Shown here: in pieces, positions 26,376 to 38,700 of the stretch
Numbering within the stretch: the first letter of the stretch is position 1
Layout: the number at the start of each line of letters is the position of its first letter
Assembly: GCA_030141605.1 (NCBI GenBank)
Contig: JAQGDQ010000937.1
Coordinates: forward strand, 1-64,000
Length of the DNA: 64,000 bases
Reading direction: 5' to 3'
From: Tubiluchus corallicola
Lineage: Eukaryota; Animalia; Priapulida
Program-made: the position numbers and the translations under genes
Notes under the pieces: model-generated
What the model was told of the DNA's origin: nothing
Seen by the model: the letters and a program-made list of their open reading frames with translations, nothing else
Databases searched by the model: none

Positions 26376-29300
26376 CAGGTTTGACAGTAGGGTGGGTATG
26401 CAGCTAGTATTTATTTTTTGTGTCAAGTTATTAATTTAGGTTGGAGGTCACTTCTTTGGTTAATTAGATAGCTAATTAGTTAAATACAATTCTAGTTGAG
26501 TAGTTAGTTGGTCATTCAGTCAATCAACCAGTTGATCCATTAGTGAAACAGTAATTATTTTTACTAATTAAGTCAGTTGCTCTATCAATATCAAGCACTT
26601 ATTCATTATTAGTTTATATTAAACTGTGATTTAGCGTTTAAATCTCCTCTTAGACTAAATTGGTGTGCAATTTTATACTGTAAGTAGCTGGATTTTTGTT
26701 GTATGTAAGTTTGTTCCATTAACTCATTATCATGATGTAACCATTTTTCACTGTAATTGTCTCATTTCTTCATCGTTATTATTGTTTTGTAGTTTTCTTC
26801 ATTTTTTCACAATTTTATTGTAAATGGTGTATTTTGTAAAATAAACTGGGGTTTGCAATAAAATTATCCAATCATATCATATCACTCTATCAGACAGTTA
26901 ATAAGTTCAGTTGTCAGTAAGCATTTGTTTACTTATACACGTTATTTGCTCTCTCATTGTTTTGTCTCCTTTTTATTTATTTACCTTGGTTAACTGCTAA
27001 GCAATGATAACGTCATTACCAACTCTTCACTTCATACACCAAAACTTTACATAGATTCTCTTCTACCATTAATGTTAGAGTTTTAAAGGACAAGAAAAGG
27101 ACCTGACCTGAAGTAGGTCTTAGAAAATCAATTTAAAAATTATACTGGTTTACAGCAATTTTGTTCTTATATCGTACTGAAAGGATTTTTTGATTGTCTT
27201 CATTTTAAATCTCCCGCAATGCTGTTCAGACAGTGCCATAACATGACGTCACAACGTAAACGTAGCCAGTGGAAGAAAAGGCAATGTTAAATTACATGCG
27301 TGCAAATCTATGTTAGGTGCCTGCTGGAAAGACGTATGTTTCTAGAAATAATATTTTAAAATGTTCGTGCCAATTGGTAAAATGTCTCTGGCTCATTCTC
27401 CAGGGCACTTTGCCAAAAGTCTTTTTAATCTTACTGATAAGATACAGTAATTCAAAATTTTACTTAGCTAGTAACAGGGGTGCTATAAATGCTCTGATTA
27501 TTTTTTTAAACTTTACACCATTTTACCTAAACTTGTTTCAAACGACCTACCATCAAACAAACTGGGCCTTACAGTCATCGCAAGAGTCTAAATTTACAAG
27601 TTTTGTACAGCGTTACTGCTGATGCAGGACCTGCACGCAAAAAGGTACTATGTATGTGGTATGAAATTTCAGGACGACTTTTTTTTTAAGTTTTATGTAA
27701 GTGGACAATTTTCTTGTGCTTTAGCTGACAGGGAAAATAATCAGTTGACTTAGTTGCCCTTCTTACACTTGTTGCATCATCTTACACATGCACAGACATT
27801 ATAATAATAGTAATTGAAATGTTTTGAATGTTGAAAAAGATTTTATTCTTTAAATTGCCAATTTGTTTATTTACAGGTGATTATCAGTGGAGTTCAAAAA
27901 GTTCATGTGGCTAAAAGTCACTTTAAAACACGAAACATTTCACATATTCTGCCTACTGTGTCTCACTGCAACATTGAAAACGCCTAGTAAATCACAATTA
28001 TGACAAAATTCGTCTTTTTTCTTCAACAGCTCTATGAATCTTGTGCAATGTTGTAAAAAATCAGCTGACTGTCAAATATCACAGACTTGGTGAGATTGAT
28101 GACTATGTTGAGCACGTATACAGCACATTGAAGTCAATTAAAGAGGTGCGTCAACTGATATGTTTTGCAGTTTGCCATAAAGAAAGCTGGAATTGTCAGC
28201 AAAACATTTCATGTAGAAGCAGCTTTAAGAAAATTGTTAGAAGCTATAGCTGACAGTTCCGTTCCTTTGAACTTAATACACGATGAAAGAAATTATGCCA
28301 TAATTATGTTGATATGCCAAGAAAATGAGAAAAAGTCCAAAACTGTTTGAAACGGACTAAAATCAACATTCGTTCATCTTGAGAAAAAATAATCATTGTG
28401 GAGTGTCACTAATCTAAAAAAAGAAAACTGATGATTATGATTATGATTAATTGATGTTAAGAAGCCTGCAAGAAACACTGAGTTACACTGTTGCTTCAGT
28501 GATTAGTTTAAGTCACATTGCGAGATTGAGTGAAACATCTGTAAGTATGTGTAAATGTGAAAGCTTGTAATGACAATCTTTTTTGATTTTGTATGGAACT
28601 TTGTACTTTGCATAATAACACAATATAAATTTGATGTTCAGATTTATTCATAAAGTATGTATTGCATATCTTCAAACTGTCGCCACTTAACTGGCTTGAT
28701 AAACTCGTAATTGTTTGATGAACATAATAAATTGTTTTGTACTATTACTCATTGTTTCTGTTTTGTGGATCCTAGCAATAGAAAGTTACCTTGACTCTTC
28801 CACTTTTGGAACTCTACAAGCAGCAATCCCCTAGTCAAAAAAGACCTTCTTTCAAAATGCAGATGGATGTAGCAGACCTTTAGCTAACTTAGGCTCATGT
28901 GGACGAGCATACATCCTTGATCAATAGACTTTTCCATTGTGTTACTTTAAAAACATATTATAATAAACATATAATGATCATCATGGATCTTTTGTAAAAG
29001 TAAGTAAGTTACTGTCACTATTGCGTAATGCATACAATGAAATTTATGTGGTTTTACGTGCTGCTATATCTGGGATAGAAAGAAAATAAAGATCTTGTGG
29101 TTTTAGCGCTAATTGAGCGAAATCTACGACCAGGTGAGCATTTCATCCAGGGGAGTATTTATTACCTGGATGAAATGCATCTTTCATGATAACTTGCACC
29201 CCTATTCATACAAATATTTCATAGATTGCTGTTCAATTCCAACTTTGAGGCGGACTTAGTAACTTGATCAAGAGCATTGCGATCTCCCTGCATGGTAGCG

Positions 29301-29739
29301 CCATACTAAACAGTGATGGATGTTGTTAAGATGCTCTCAGTTACTGCACGATAAAAACTCTCCACCACAGTAGGGGAAATGTAAATTTTTTTTAAAAGCA
29401 TCGGTTAGATAATTTTCCATGTGAATTTTTACAATTCAGTTACATAAACAAGACTTTTTGTGTTCCCACACTATAATCGTTCAACTTTTACTCACTAGGT
29501 ATAAATACTGTTATTATTTTCAATTACTGCGCAAATCCTTCCTTTTCCTGCATTTAATCGATCCTGCACAAAGCCGGTGATTTTATATCACAATGAATCT
29601 GATCTTTCACAAAACCTCAATTAGATCATTAGCTCTAAGTGGCTTTTAAGATTTTCGGTTTAAAAGGAGTTTTAGCTTTAATCCTATATAAGCTTAAGAA
29701 GTTTAGGCATCTGAAGAAGTCGAATTTTAAATTGGTATA

Positions 29740-30700
29740 ATTCTGGATAATTGAAGGGTCTTTGTGTCTTTTTGAAAGCTCTTCAAGGTTGGTCATTGCT
29801 CAGTGCTCATCACCACATGGGCATAATCCAGGAAAAAATTCCTCACATCAATTTAAAGTAAAGAATTATAGTTTTCATTTTGCTGTTAATCACTATTATG
29901 TTGTCGATATGAATTATTGAAAATTATAGCTGCTCTTCGTGTGATGGGTTTAAGCGCATCTGAAGATATTTTACAGAATGAGATTAAAACCAAAATTGTT
30001 GCAGCAGAGACCTCCATTGATTGCTAGCAGTTTTTGTAGGGGGGGCTTTTGTAGGTATTTGTAAGTCTGCGAAATGTAACTTATAATATTAATCATGCTT
30101 TTATGAATTCCTGTGCTTCGGTCCACTTGAGACGCTTTGTACGCCATGCTCAGAAAGACAGGCTAATAGCTGTAATTATGATTTCTGTAAGATCCTCCAC
30201 CCAGACCACTTGTGACACGCTCTGTGAGCTGCACACAAAGCAGCATAGTTACTTCAATTATATAATTTTATGAAATCCATCAAACCAGACATGATAAACT
30301 ACAAAGAATGTCTTTTACTGTAAGCTTACTGAAATCCTTTATCACAGACAATTTCAGGTGCCTCGCAACGCACAATAGCAGCTATAATTTTCAATAATTC
30401 ACTTCAACAACATAATAATGTCTGAAATCAACGATAATTATAATCCCTCATTTAAAGATTATGGGAGGAATTTTCCCAGGCTTATATCCCTTAGTGAGTA
30501 ATGGCCAGCCTTGAAGAGTTTTTCGTATCAAACAAAGAGCGTTTCTGTAATTTAGAAAAGAAATGCGTATTAGATTACATCATGTTTTAATAATGATTTT
30601 GGGTTTTTTAATCTTTGGCAGGCACACTTATTCAGAATTGTTCTTAGTGGTTGCCCAGGCTTGACCTGTCCCTCTTGACCAAAGATTAGTGGTCAGTTTT
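29740..30700. mobile_element. Foldback-like arrangement of the modular repeat family (minus arm 29740-29940, plus arm 30380-30560)
   Basis: aagctcttcaaggttggtcatt...gaattattgaaaattatagctgct is the reverse complement of agcagctataattttcaataattc...aatggccagccttgaagag. Confidence 0.55.
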
Positions 30701-30784
30701 GGCGAAGCTCATGTGCCGATAATTTGTTTATATTGCTGGTGTCTTTTTAATTCATCTAACTGTGAATTTCATGTATAAAAGTCG

Positions 30785-32186
30785 TGTAACACTCTGAAAA
30801 TTGTATTAATATTACTTGTGTGTGTGTGTGTGTGCGTGCGTGTGTGCACGCGTGTGTGTGTGTATGTGCGTGTGTGGGTGCGTGCGTGCGTGCGTGCGTT
30901 AATAGTTTTGTTAGTCTTGCCATCCCGGAAACAACAATATTCAGCTAGCAACTCAAAACAGCAAATACACAAACGACGCAAACAATTATTTTACTTAATG
31001 AATGGCAGTGTGAACAAATTTCACGTAGCTAATTGCAGGTCATCAAGTTGATTATAAAAGTATCCAAAGCAGCGTCTTATCGGCCAAGGCACCGGCAAAG
31101 ATCAAATCAATAGGCCTTTTAGCTGAATGGGCCATTTAACAATTATATCAGCAACCTCGTGGAATAATCGGCACCTCTCAAGTCACCCTGGCGTGACCCA
31201 GTTAATTATCCAATCACAGCGGTATTACAGGTATGAAAGCAAAATTTGGCCCAAAAGTTGAACTGCGACATTTCTTTGTTGAACTCATAATAGGTGGAGC
31301 CACAAGTTTATAACGTTTACCTAATTCTTTTCGTTTCAACATCATTTGCGAAAATACGTTTAGTAACAATTTTATTCATGACAATATTATGTCCAAGTTT
31401 GAACAAATGTGAAAGCTTCGTCGCTGTACTATTGAGGTCACTTCACCCAGAACTCGTTTCTGATTGTTCGGTTAGCTTTCGAGGCCTGGATATTAGACGT
31501 ATTGGCCTACCTGGCAGAGTGTAGAGTGGCCGTGTTGAAAAATGGTCAGATATAACTATATCATGGTTTCTTTCATACCATGATTGAACGAGAAATGGAT
31601 GGTTTGTTCATTATTATGTTCTTCTTATTCATTGGTGAACGATGTTCTTCTTTTGCTGGTGGAACCTCGTCAGTTACACAATTGCTGAGAGACATTTGTT
31701 AAATTAGGCATTCATTACATAGCCTAATTACCTTTACGTTGAATGAAGATACTGTCACCTTTGACTTCACGTTCGATGGTCTAAATCGCTGCGTGGGAAC
31801 TCGGAGGAGATGATCTTTCCATTATCCGATCTCAAGAGACCCCATTCTGTGTCCTGCCAGTGTGATGGAAAGCTGTGGAGATTTCCTGGAAAAGGCTACC
31901 CGCTGCCCACGAAGGAGACTGAGAGAGACGCTAACTTAGCTAACTTCCACTGGAGACCGAATTCTGCTGCATTGCTAACGTGCGTGAGGAAGGACCGGTC
32001 CTACCCAAGTACTGGAGAAGACCTCGCCTTGGTAAACTACTATTTTGTTAATGTTGTTTGCTGAAGGACTGTTTTTTATAATGTCCTGTACAATGTTCGC
32101 TCTGTAAATTGAAATACTAATCCTGACACTTATCTATAAAAGCAAAAATAATTTGTAAACGTGTTTTATTGTTACAGGATGTTACA
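30785..32186 (+). mobile_element. Candidate solo LTR (~1.4 kb)
   Basis: Starts TGTAACActctg and ends caggaTGTTACA (TG..CA ends with a short imperfect inverted repeat). Non-repetitive, non-coding and relatively GC-richer interior. No target-site duplication seen. Confidence 0.35.
30817..30898. repeat. (GT)n/(GCGT)n microsatellite
   Basis: Direct reading. Confidence 0.95.
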
Positions 32187-32640
32187 ATCTTATTTATGTT
32201 AAAATGTACATAATTTAAATGCCAAAAAATTAGAAATATTTATTACTAGTAATAATTAAATGAAAATGTCAATTACAGAACAGTGAATAATTTACAAACC
32301 ACAAATTACATGTACATCAAGCGAGCTAGAAAAAAGTGTTAATTTAATGTAAATGCTAAAAACACATAATACAGATGCCAAAGAATATTTACTTATAATG
32401 CAGTAAAATGAAAATCTCAATCACGAAGCAACGAGGAACTTACAAAGCACAAATCACGTGCACGTCTAGAAAACGTAACTTCTTTACGAAAAAAGAGCTA
32501 AGTCACCAAGGGAAATTTTACAAAGCACATGCAATGTGATGCTTATCATCCCAAACATTTCAAGTAAATCATTTAATAACAGAAAACATTTCCTTGTTTT
32601 ACTGAGGGCTTACTATTGATTTATGTAAAGTTCGTGAACA

Positions 32641-33142
32641 AACATTGTCTGGAAAGCAGAAACATTGTCTGGAAAACAGAAACATTGTCTGGAAAGCAGA
32701 AACATTGTCTGGAAAGCAGAAACATTGTCTGGAAAACAGAAACATTGTCTGGAAAGCAGAAACATTGTCTGGAAAGCAGAAACATTGTCTGGAAAGCAGA
32801 AACATTGTCTGGAAAGCAGAAACATTGTCTGGAAAACAGAAACATTGTCTGGAAAGCAGAAACATTGTCTGGAAAACAGAAACATTGTCTGGAAAGCAGA
32901 AACATTGTCTGGAAAGCAGAAACATTGTCTGGAAAGCAGAAACATTGTCTGGAAAACAGAAACATTGTCTGGAAAGCAGAAACATTGTCTGGAAAGCAGA
33001 AACATTGTCTGGAAAGCAGAAACATTGTCTGGAAAGCAGAAACATTGTCTGGAAAGCAGAAACATTGTCTGGAAAGCAGAAACATTGTCTGGAAAGCAGA
33101 AACATTGTCTGGAAAGCAGAAACATTGTCTGGAAAACAGAAA
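32641..33142. repeat. 20-bp minisatellite, 25 copies (aacattgtctggaaa[g/a]caga)
   Basis: Perfect phasing with a single variable site; explains five overlapping ORFs. Confidence 0.98.
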
Positions 33143-33499
33143 TAAATTCGACGATGCAGAGACGTGACAATTTGAAATTACTTTACCTGAAATTATGCCC
33201 GAATTACCAAATTATATATATATACATAAAATCTTGATTGCACAAGTTATACACATTTACAATGTGTATGATAAAATACATGAAAATATTACATGTATAA
33301 ACAGTCGAAGACTGTTGTAGGCAATAAACAAAAAAAGACAAAACAAACAAAAGTTAATTTTTTTTAAAAAGTGAATAAAAGAGATAAAATTTACATAGAT
33401 GTAAAATTGAATTACAAAATATGACTTCACAAATTCAACGCAAAAATTAATTTCGATTATTTTATGGAATTTACATTATACTGCTTGTAATATATAGAC

Positions 33500-34090
33500 A
33501 CAATCAGTGTTTGTAGCTATTTTATCATTTTTGTAAGGGGGGCCTCTCATCTTTTTTGAGTAGTGTACTCTTTAGTTTTTCTTTGAGATCTTTTAAACTC
33601 GTTGAAGATTTTATTTCTTTAGATGCTGATTTTCTGATATTAATTGTGTTTTTAGATTTTGAGTTATGACCTTGTTTAGTGTTTGTTCCGATTCCGACTT
33701 TTTTACGATGTGATTAACTTGATTGTCCCATTTTGATTTATTATTAATTTCCATACCTAAGAAATTGGTTTCTTTGGATTGACAAATTGTTTAATTAAGA
33801 ACGTCAAGTGTTAAACTATCAGTTTTTACGTGGCTTCATTTGAACTTTTTTTCAGAGTTCATTTGTAAGTGATGAAAGTCCAGAATAGATTTGATTTCTT
33901 CTATGTTTTGTTTTAACGTTTATACAGGTATATTTGGGTCTGTGTTATTTGCAGACAGATTGCTATCATCTGCGTATTGCGTCACGTTGCAGTTCTTCTA
34001 GAATGTTTGGAATATTGTTTACATAAACAGTGGACCAAGAACTGTGCCTTGCAGTACCCTATTTTTGATCGTACCCCATTCTGAATATAT
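33500..34090 (-). pseudogene. Degenerate non-LTR (CR1/L2-like) reverse transcriptase fragment
   Basis: Minus strand reads RVLQGTVLGPL / YVNNIPNIL / NCNVTQYADDS / KETNFLGMEINNKSKWDNQVNHIVKK with frameshifts; these match the GVPQG, YADD and FLG..W motifs of LINE RT. Confidence 0.85.
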
Positions 34091-34385
34091 GTTGCATACG
34101 TCTTTTATAAGATTAATAAAGGCTACTAACATCATTTCACTTCATTTCATGTATATCTCATACATACCGCAATTACTACTTAAAGCATTAATAAATTCTA
34201 CTCTCTTTTCTGCATCAGCTAGTTGACATTCAAATAACAAGTGCAGAAGCGTCTGAAATGCATCACTACATGAGTAACTTGGACCAACTTGATTAAAAAA
34301 ATTATTAAATTACCAATTAGAAAAGTACTAGATACTATGCAAAAATAGTTAAATTACCAAAGAACAAATGCTTCATCAAACTAAA

Positions 34386-35612
34386 CATATTGGATGCACA
34401 TATGAATGTTTTTCTCTCTTACACAGGTGGACCATATTGGATGTACATATGAATGTTTTTCTCTCTTACACAGGTGGACCATATTGGATGTACGTATGTA
34501 TGTCTTTCTCTCTCACACTGGTGGACCATATTGGATGTACGTATGTATGTCTTTCTCTCTCACACAGGTGGACCATAATGGATGTACGTATGAATGTTTT
34601 TCTCTCTTACACAGGTGGACCATATTGGATGTACGTATGAATGTTTTTCTCTCTTACACAGGTGGACCATATTGGATGCACGTATGAATGTCTTTCTCTC
34701 TTACACAATTGTACCATATTGGATGTACATATGAATGTCTTTCTCTCTTACACAGGTGGACCATATTGGATGTACGTATGAATGTCTTTCACTCTTACAC
34801 AGGTGAACCATATTGAATGCACGTATGAATGTCTTTCTCTCTTACACAGGTTTACCATAATGGATGTAAGTATGAATGTTTTTCTCTCTTATACAGGTGA
34901 ACCATATTGGATGCACCTATGAATCTCTTTCTCTCTTACACAGGTGGACCATAATGGATGCACGTATGAATGTCTTTCTCTTTTACACAGGTGGATCATA
35001 TTGAATGCACCTATGAATGTCTTTCTCTCTTATGCAGGTGGACCATAATGGATGCACGTATGAATGTTTTTCTCTCTTACACAGGTGGACCATATTGGAT
35101 GCACGTATGAATGACTTTCTCTCTTACACAGGTGGACCATAATGGATGTACGTATGAATGTTTTTCTCTTACACAGGTGGACCATAATGGATGTACGTAT
35201 GAATGTTTTTCTCTTACACAGGTGGACCATAATGGATGCACGTATGTATGTCTTTCTCTCTCACACTGGTGGACCATATTGGATGTACGTATGTATGTCT
35301 TTCTCTCTTACACAGGTGGACCATATTGGTTGCACGTATGAATGTTTTTTCTCTTACACAGGTGGACCATATTGGTTGCACGTATGAATGTTTTTTCTCT
35401 TACACAGGTGGACCATATTGGTTGCACATATGAATGTTTTTTCTCTTACACAGGTGTGCCATATTGGATGTACGTATGAATGTTTTCTCTCTTACACAGG
35501 TGTGCCATATTGGATGTACCTATGAATGTCTTTCTCTCTTACACAGGTGGACCATATTGGATGCAACTATGATTGTTTTTTCTCTTACACAGGTGGACCG
35601 TATTGGATGTAC
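34386..35612. repeat. 47-bp minisatellite, about 26 copies (tctctcttacacaggtggaccatattggatgtacgtatgaatgttt..)
   Basis: Period from acacagg at 34421 and 34468; the terminal unit overlaps the stop codon of the PAN-galectin gene. Confidence 0.95.
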
Positions 35613-35720
35613 TTCTGAAGTACCATATCACCGTGCATTGTTATCGAATTTATGTCAGAAATAGGAGTGTAACGGTACTGGTAATCTACAAAGTGGTTTC
35701 CATTAACACTGACTGAAAAC
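35585..35720 (-). CDS. Exon 5 (terminal): (K)FSVSVNGNHFVDYQYRYTPISDINSITMHGDMVLQKYIQYGPPV*
   Basis: Acceptor ctgtttcag|G. Galectin C-terminal pattern FxVxVNGxH..Y.xR..P...I..L.I.GD. Confidence 0.9.
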
Positions 35721-38700
35721 CTGAAACAGACAAAACAATTATCATTAAATCTACACATTCCTTAATATTTGTAATACATGTAATGCTGCTGCTGTTGACA
35801 AAATTGACGTAAGTACTTTGGCTCACAACCTGTGGGGACTGGCGTACTGCAACTGTGACTTACACCCACTGTAACACCTCATTAGAAACGTACTTCAGCA
35901 TAAGTAGAAAACTTTATGCAGCTGATTTTTTTGCTTACTAGTTGCCGTCTAGCACTCTAAGACATTTGTTCTTAAATGACACATCAGTAAGTTTTCGACG
36001 TCTAATGACTAAATCAGGGTATATTTAAAAAACATCGTTCCAAATTGATTATAAGCTTTAGATCCGTTATGCGTTAAAAACAATCTAAATAACCCATTTA
36101 AGCAGCTGTAAACATTTCCTAAGATAAAGAACAAAACTTCTAATTATTAACTCATGTGTTACGTACTTGTCCTCCAGCATGTCGATTTCCATTGAAAATT
36201 CTTGTCCTGCTTCAAGTGTAAGGGGTGCTATCTCATCAATACCCCAGCGACCGGTCACTCTGCTGTTCAATAATGTGTGGTTCAACTCGAAGTCAGGATT
36301 GATTTTTAATACAATTTTGGGAGCAGCTTTGGCAATTCTAAGACGAATGTAGATTCTAAAAGAATAAAAGCCATTATGTAAAATCTGGTTCAAACAATAT
36401 GCCGTAGCGAGCAAAATTGGATTCTGTGTGCTTAGAAACCACTTATGAAACGCTGAACCTAGTGAGTAGATGGGTTGGTAACCACTGAGCTCAGTAATCG
36501 TATGTCACTTGCCACACTGCTTCTAGCTAAATTTCGAATAGATGGAAGATGTTAATGCGTTGAGAAGGCACTGCACCTACAATGTCTCACTTTAGGGGCT
36601 TATCCTTGATAATTATCTGATTCCAGTCCCGCCACAGTTAATTACGGCAAATTAGCACAGCCGTTAGTGCTATTAAAACAGACAGTCGATATACTGACTA
36701 CATGCTTACTCAGGTTGAATGTAGCTTTGCAAGCAATGCTTATAGACTTACTAAACTCAAGTGTTCTTTGCATACGTCTTCACATGCAGGGAATTTTTCG
36801 GTTTTCGGTATTTATGTGGAATGGCGTAGTATTAAAAGAAAGGTCAAATTACTTACCATGTTTTATTTTAATTTTATTTTTCTGTTATCACTTACAAAAT
36901 ATAACAAAGAAATTTACATAAAGAAACTGTCTATAAATTTAATAAGTAAATTTATTAACGCCACTGCGTAGAATTTTTCAGTTGCGGTGGTTGCTGCCAT
37001 TCACTTAAAAATTGTGACATAACAAGTGAACTTTGTGACTTTTCGTAAGCGCATCGTGGCTTTTGTAAGAGCATCGTGACTTTTCGTAAGCGCACCGTGG
37101 CTTTCCATAAGAGCATCGTAGCTTTCGTGAGAGCATCGTGGCTTTCCGTAAGAGCATCGTGACTTTTTGTAAGTGCATCGTGACTTTTCGTAAGTGCATC
37201 GTAGCTTTCGTAAGTGCATCGTGACTTTTTGTAAGTGCATCGTAGCTTTCCGTAAGAGCATCGTGACGTTTTGTAAGTGCATCGTGACTTTTCGTAAGTG
37301 CATCGTAGCTTTCCGTAAGAGCATCGTAGCTTTCCGTAAGAGCATCGTGACTTTTTGTAAGTGCATCGTGACTTTTCGTATGTGCACCGTAGCTTTCCGT
37401 AAGAGCATCGTGGCTTTCCGTAAGAGCATCGTGGCTTTTGTAAGAGCATCGTGACTTTTCGTAAGAGCATCGTGACTTTTTGTAAGTGCATCGTGACTTT
37501 TCGTAAGTGCATCGTAGCTTTCCGTAAGAGCATCGTGGCTTTCCATAAGTGCACCGTGGCTTTCGTAAGAGCATCGTGGCTTTCCGTAAGCGCACCGTGG
37601 CTTTCCGTAAGAGCATCGTGGCTTTCCGTAAGCACATCGTGACTTTTCGTAAGTGCATCATAGCTTTTGTAAGAGCATACTTCCAATACTAAAGTGTCTC
37701 GGTACTGAACGAAAGGCATTTCTTTGTTTATTTTTCAGAGAAAGATTTCACACTACCAAATAATGTGTGCCAATTAACAAAGCATAACCTGCCCGCAAGT
37801 AATACCAAAAATGTGTCGCATCATTGTGCTTCTTTCCTACAAGTTTTATTAAAAGAAACGACACACCAGTTAACATGTTGTGTTTATATTGCTGTTATTA
37901 CTTAAACTTAGAAAAATATAACAAAGAAACTTGAACGAAAACTGCTATAAAGCATAAAGTTCATTTGTACGACTAACGCTGAACAGAAATTCATTCAAAT
38001 GAATGACAGCTGTCTGCTGTGATAGCCGCCATTCACATGAAAATTATGATGTAACAGGTGAACTTCGTGACTTTCCATAAGCGCATCGTGGCTTTCCGTA
38101 AGCGCATCGTGACTTTCCGTAAGCGCATCGTGACTTTCCATAAGCGCATCGTGACTTTCTGTAAGCGCATCGTGACTTTCTGTAAGTGCGTCGTGGTTTT
38201 CTGTAAGCGCATCGTGACTTTCTGTAAGCGCTTCGTGGTTTTCTGTAAGGCATCGTGACTTTCCGTAAGTCCATCGTGATTTTCTGTAAGCACATCGTGA
38301 CTTTCTGTAAGCGCGTCGTGGTTTTCTGTAAGCGCATCGTGACTTTCTGTAAGCGCATCATGACTTTCCGTAAGCGCATCTTGACTTTCTGTAAGCACAT
38401 GCTAGCTAAACTAATTCAGACTTCTGCAGCTTACCTAATGTTCGTGCAGAAACGTCACAAATTTAGCTATCTAATTTCTTGTAAAAACTTATTTTACTTT
38501 TTACGGAAATTTACATTCCCCTGCTCTTCTTCAGTCCACGGGTGACGTCATTAGTGAATGACGTCATTAGCGAAAAAATAGTCATTCAAAATCCAAGCGC
38601 CTAAGCGTAAAATGTCACAATTTTAAAGTGTTTTTTACTAATCACACGGGATTCTTCTCACACTGTTATTCCTAAATCATTCTAACATTTTCCCCGAACA

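Noticed and set aside
25623-26426. 267-aa Cys-rich ORF (QTCHTCC repeats) resembling a metal-binding or heme protein
   Set aside because: It is a translation of a 26-bp minisatellite; the period is not a multiple of 3, so the peptide cycles through frames.
27300-28350. Exon-like segments (ag|GTGCCT..|gtatgt; cag|CTCTATG..AAAGAG|gtgcgt)
   Set aside because: The 28030-28145 segment has stops in all three frames from the acceptor and no recognisable homology; possibly non-coding or decayed.
32599-33237. Five overlapping 150-190-aa ORFs
   Set aside because: Stop-free 20-bp tandem repeat open in many frames.
36955-38400. Heptad ORFs (ESHDALT) suggestive of a coiled coil
   Set aside because: 21-bp intronic minisatellite with frame-shifting 20-bp units and no splice or start support.
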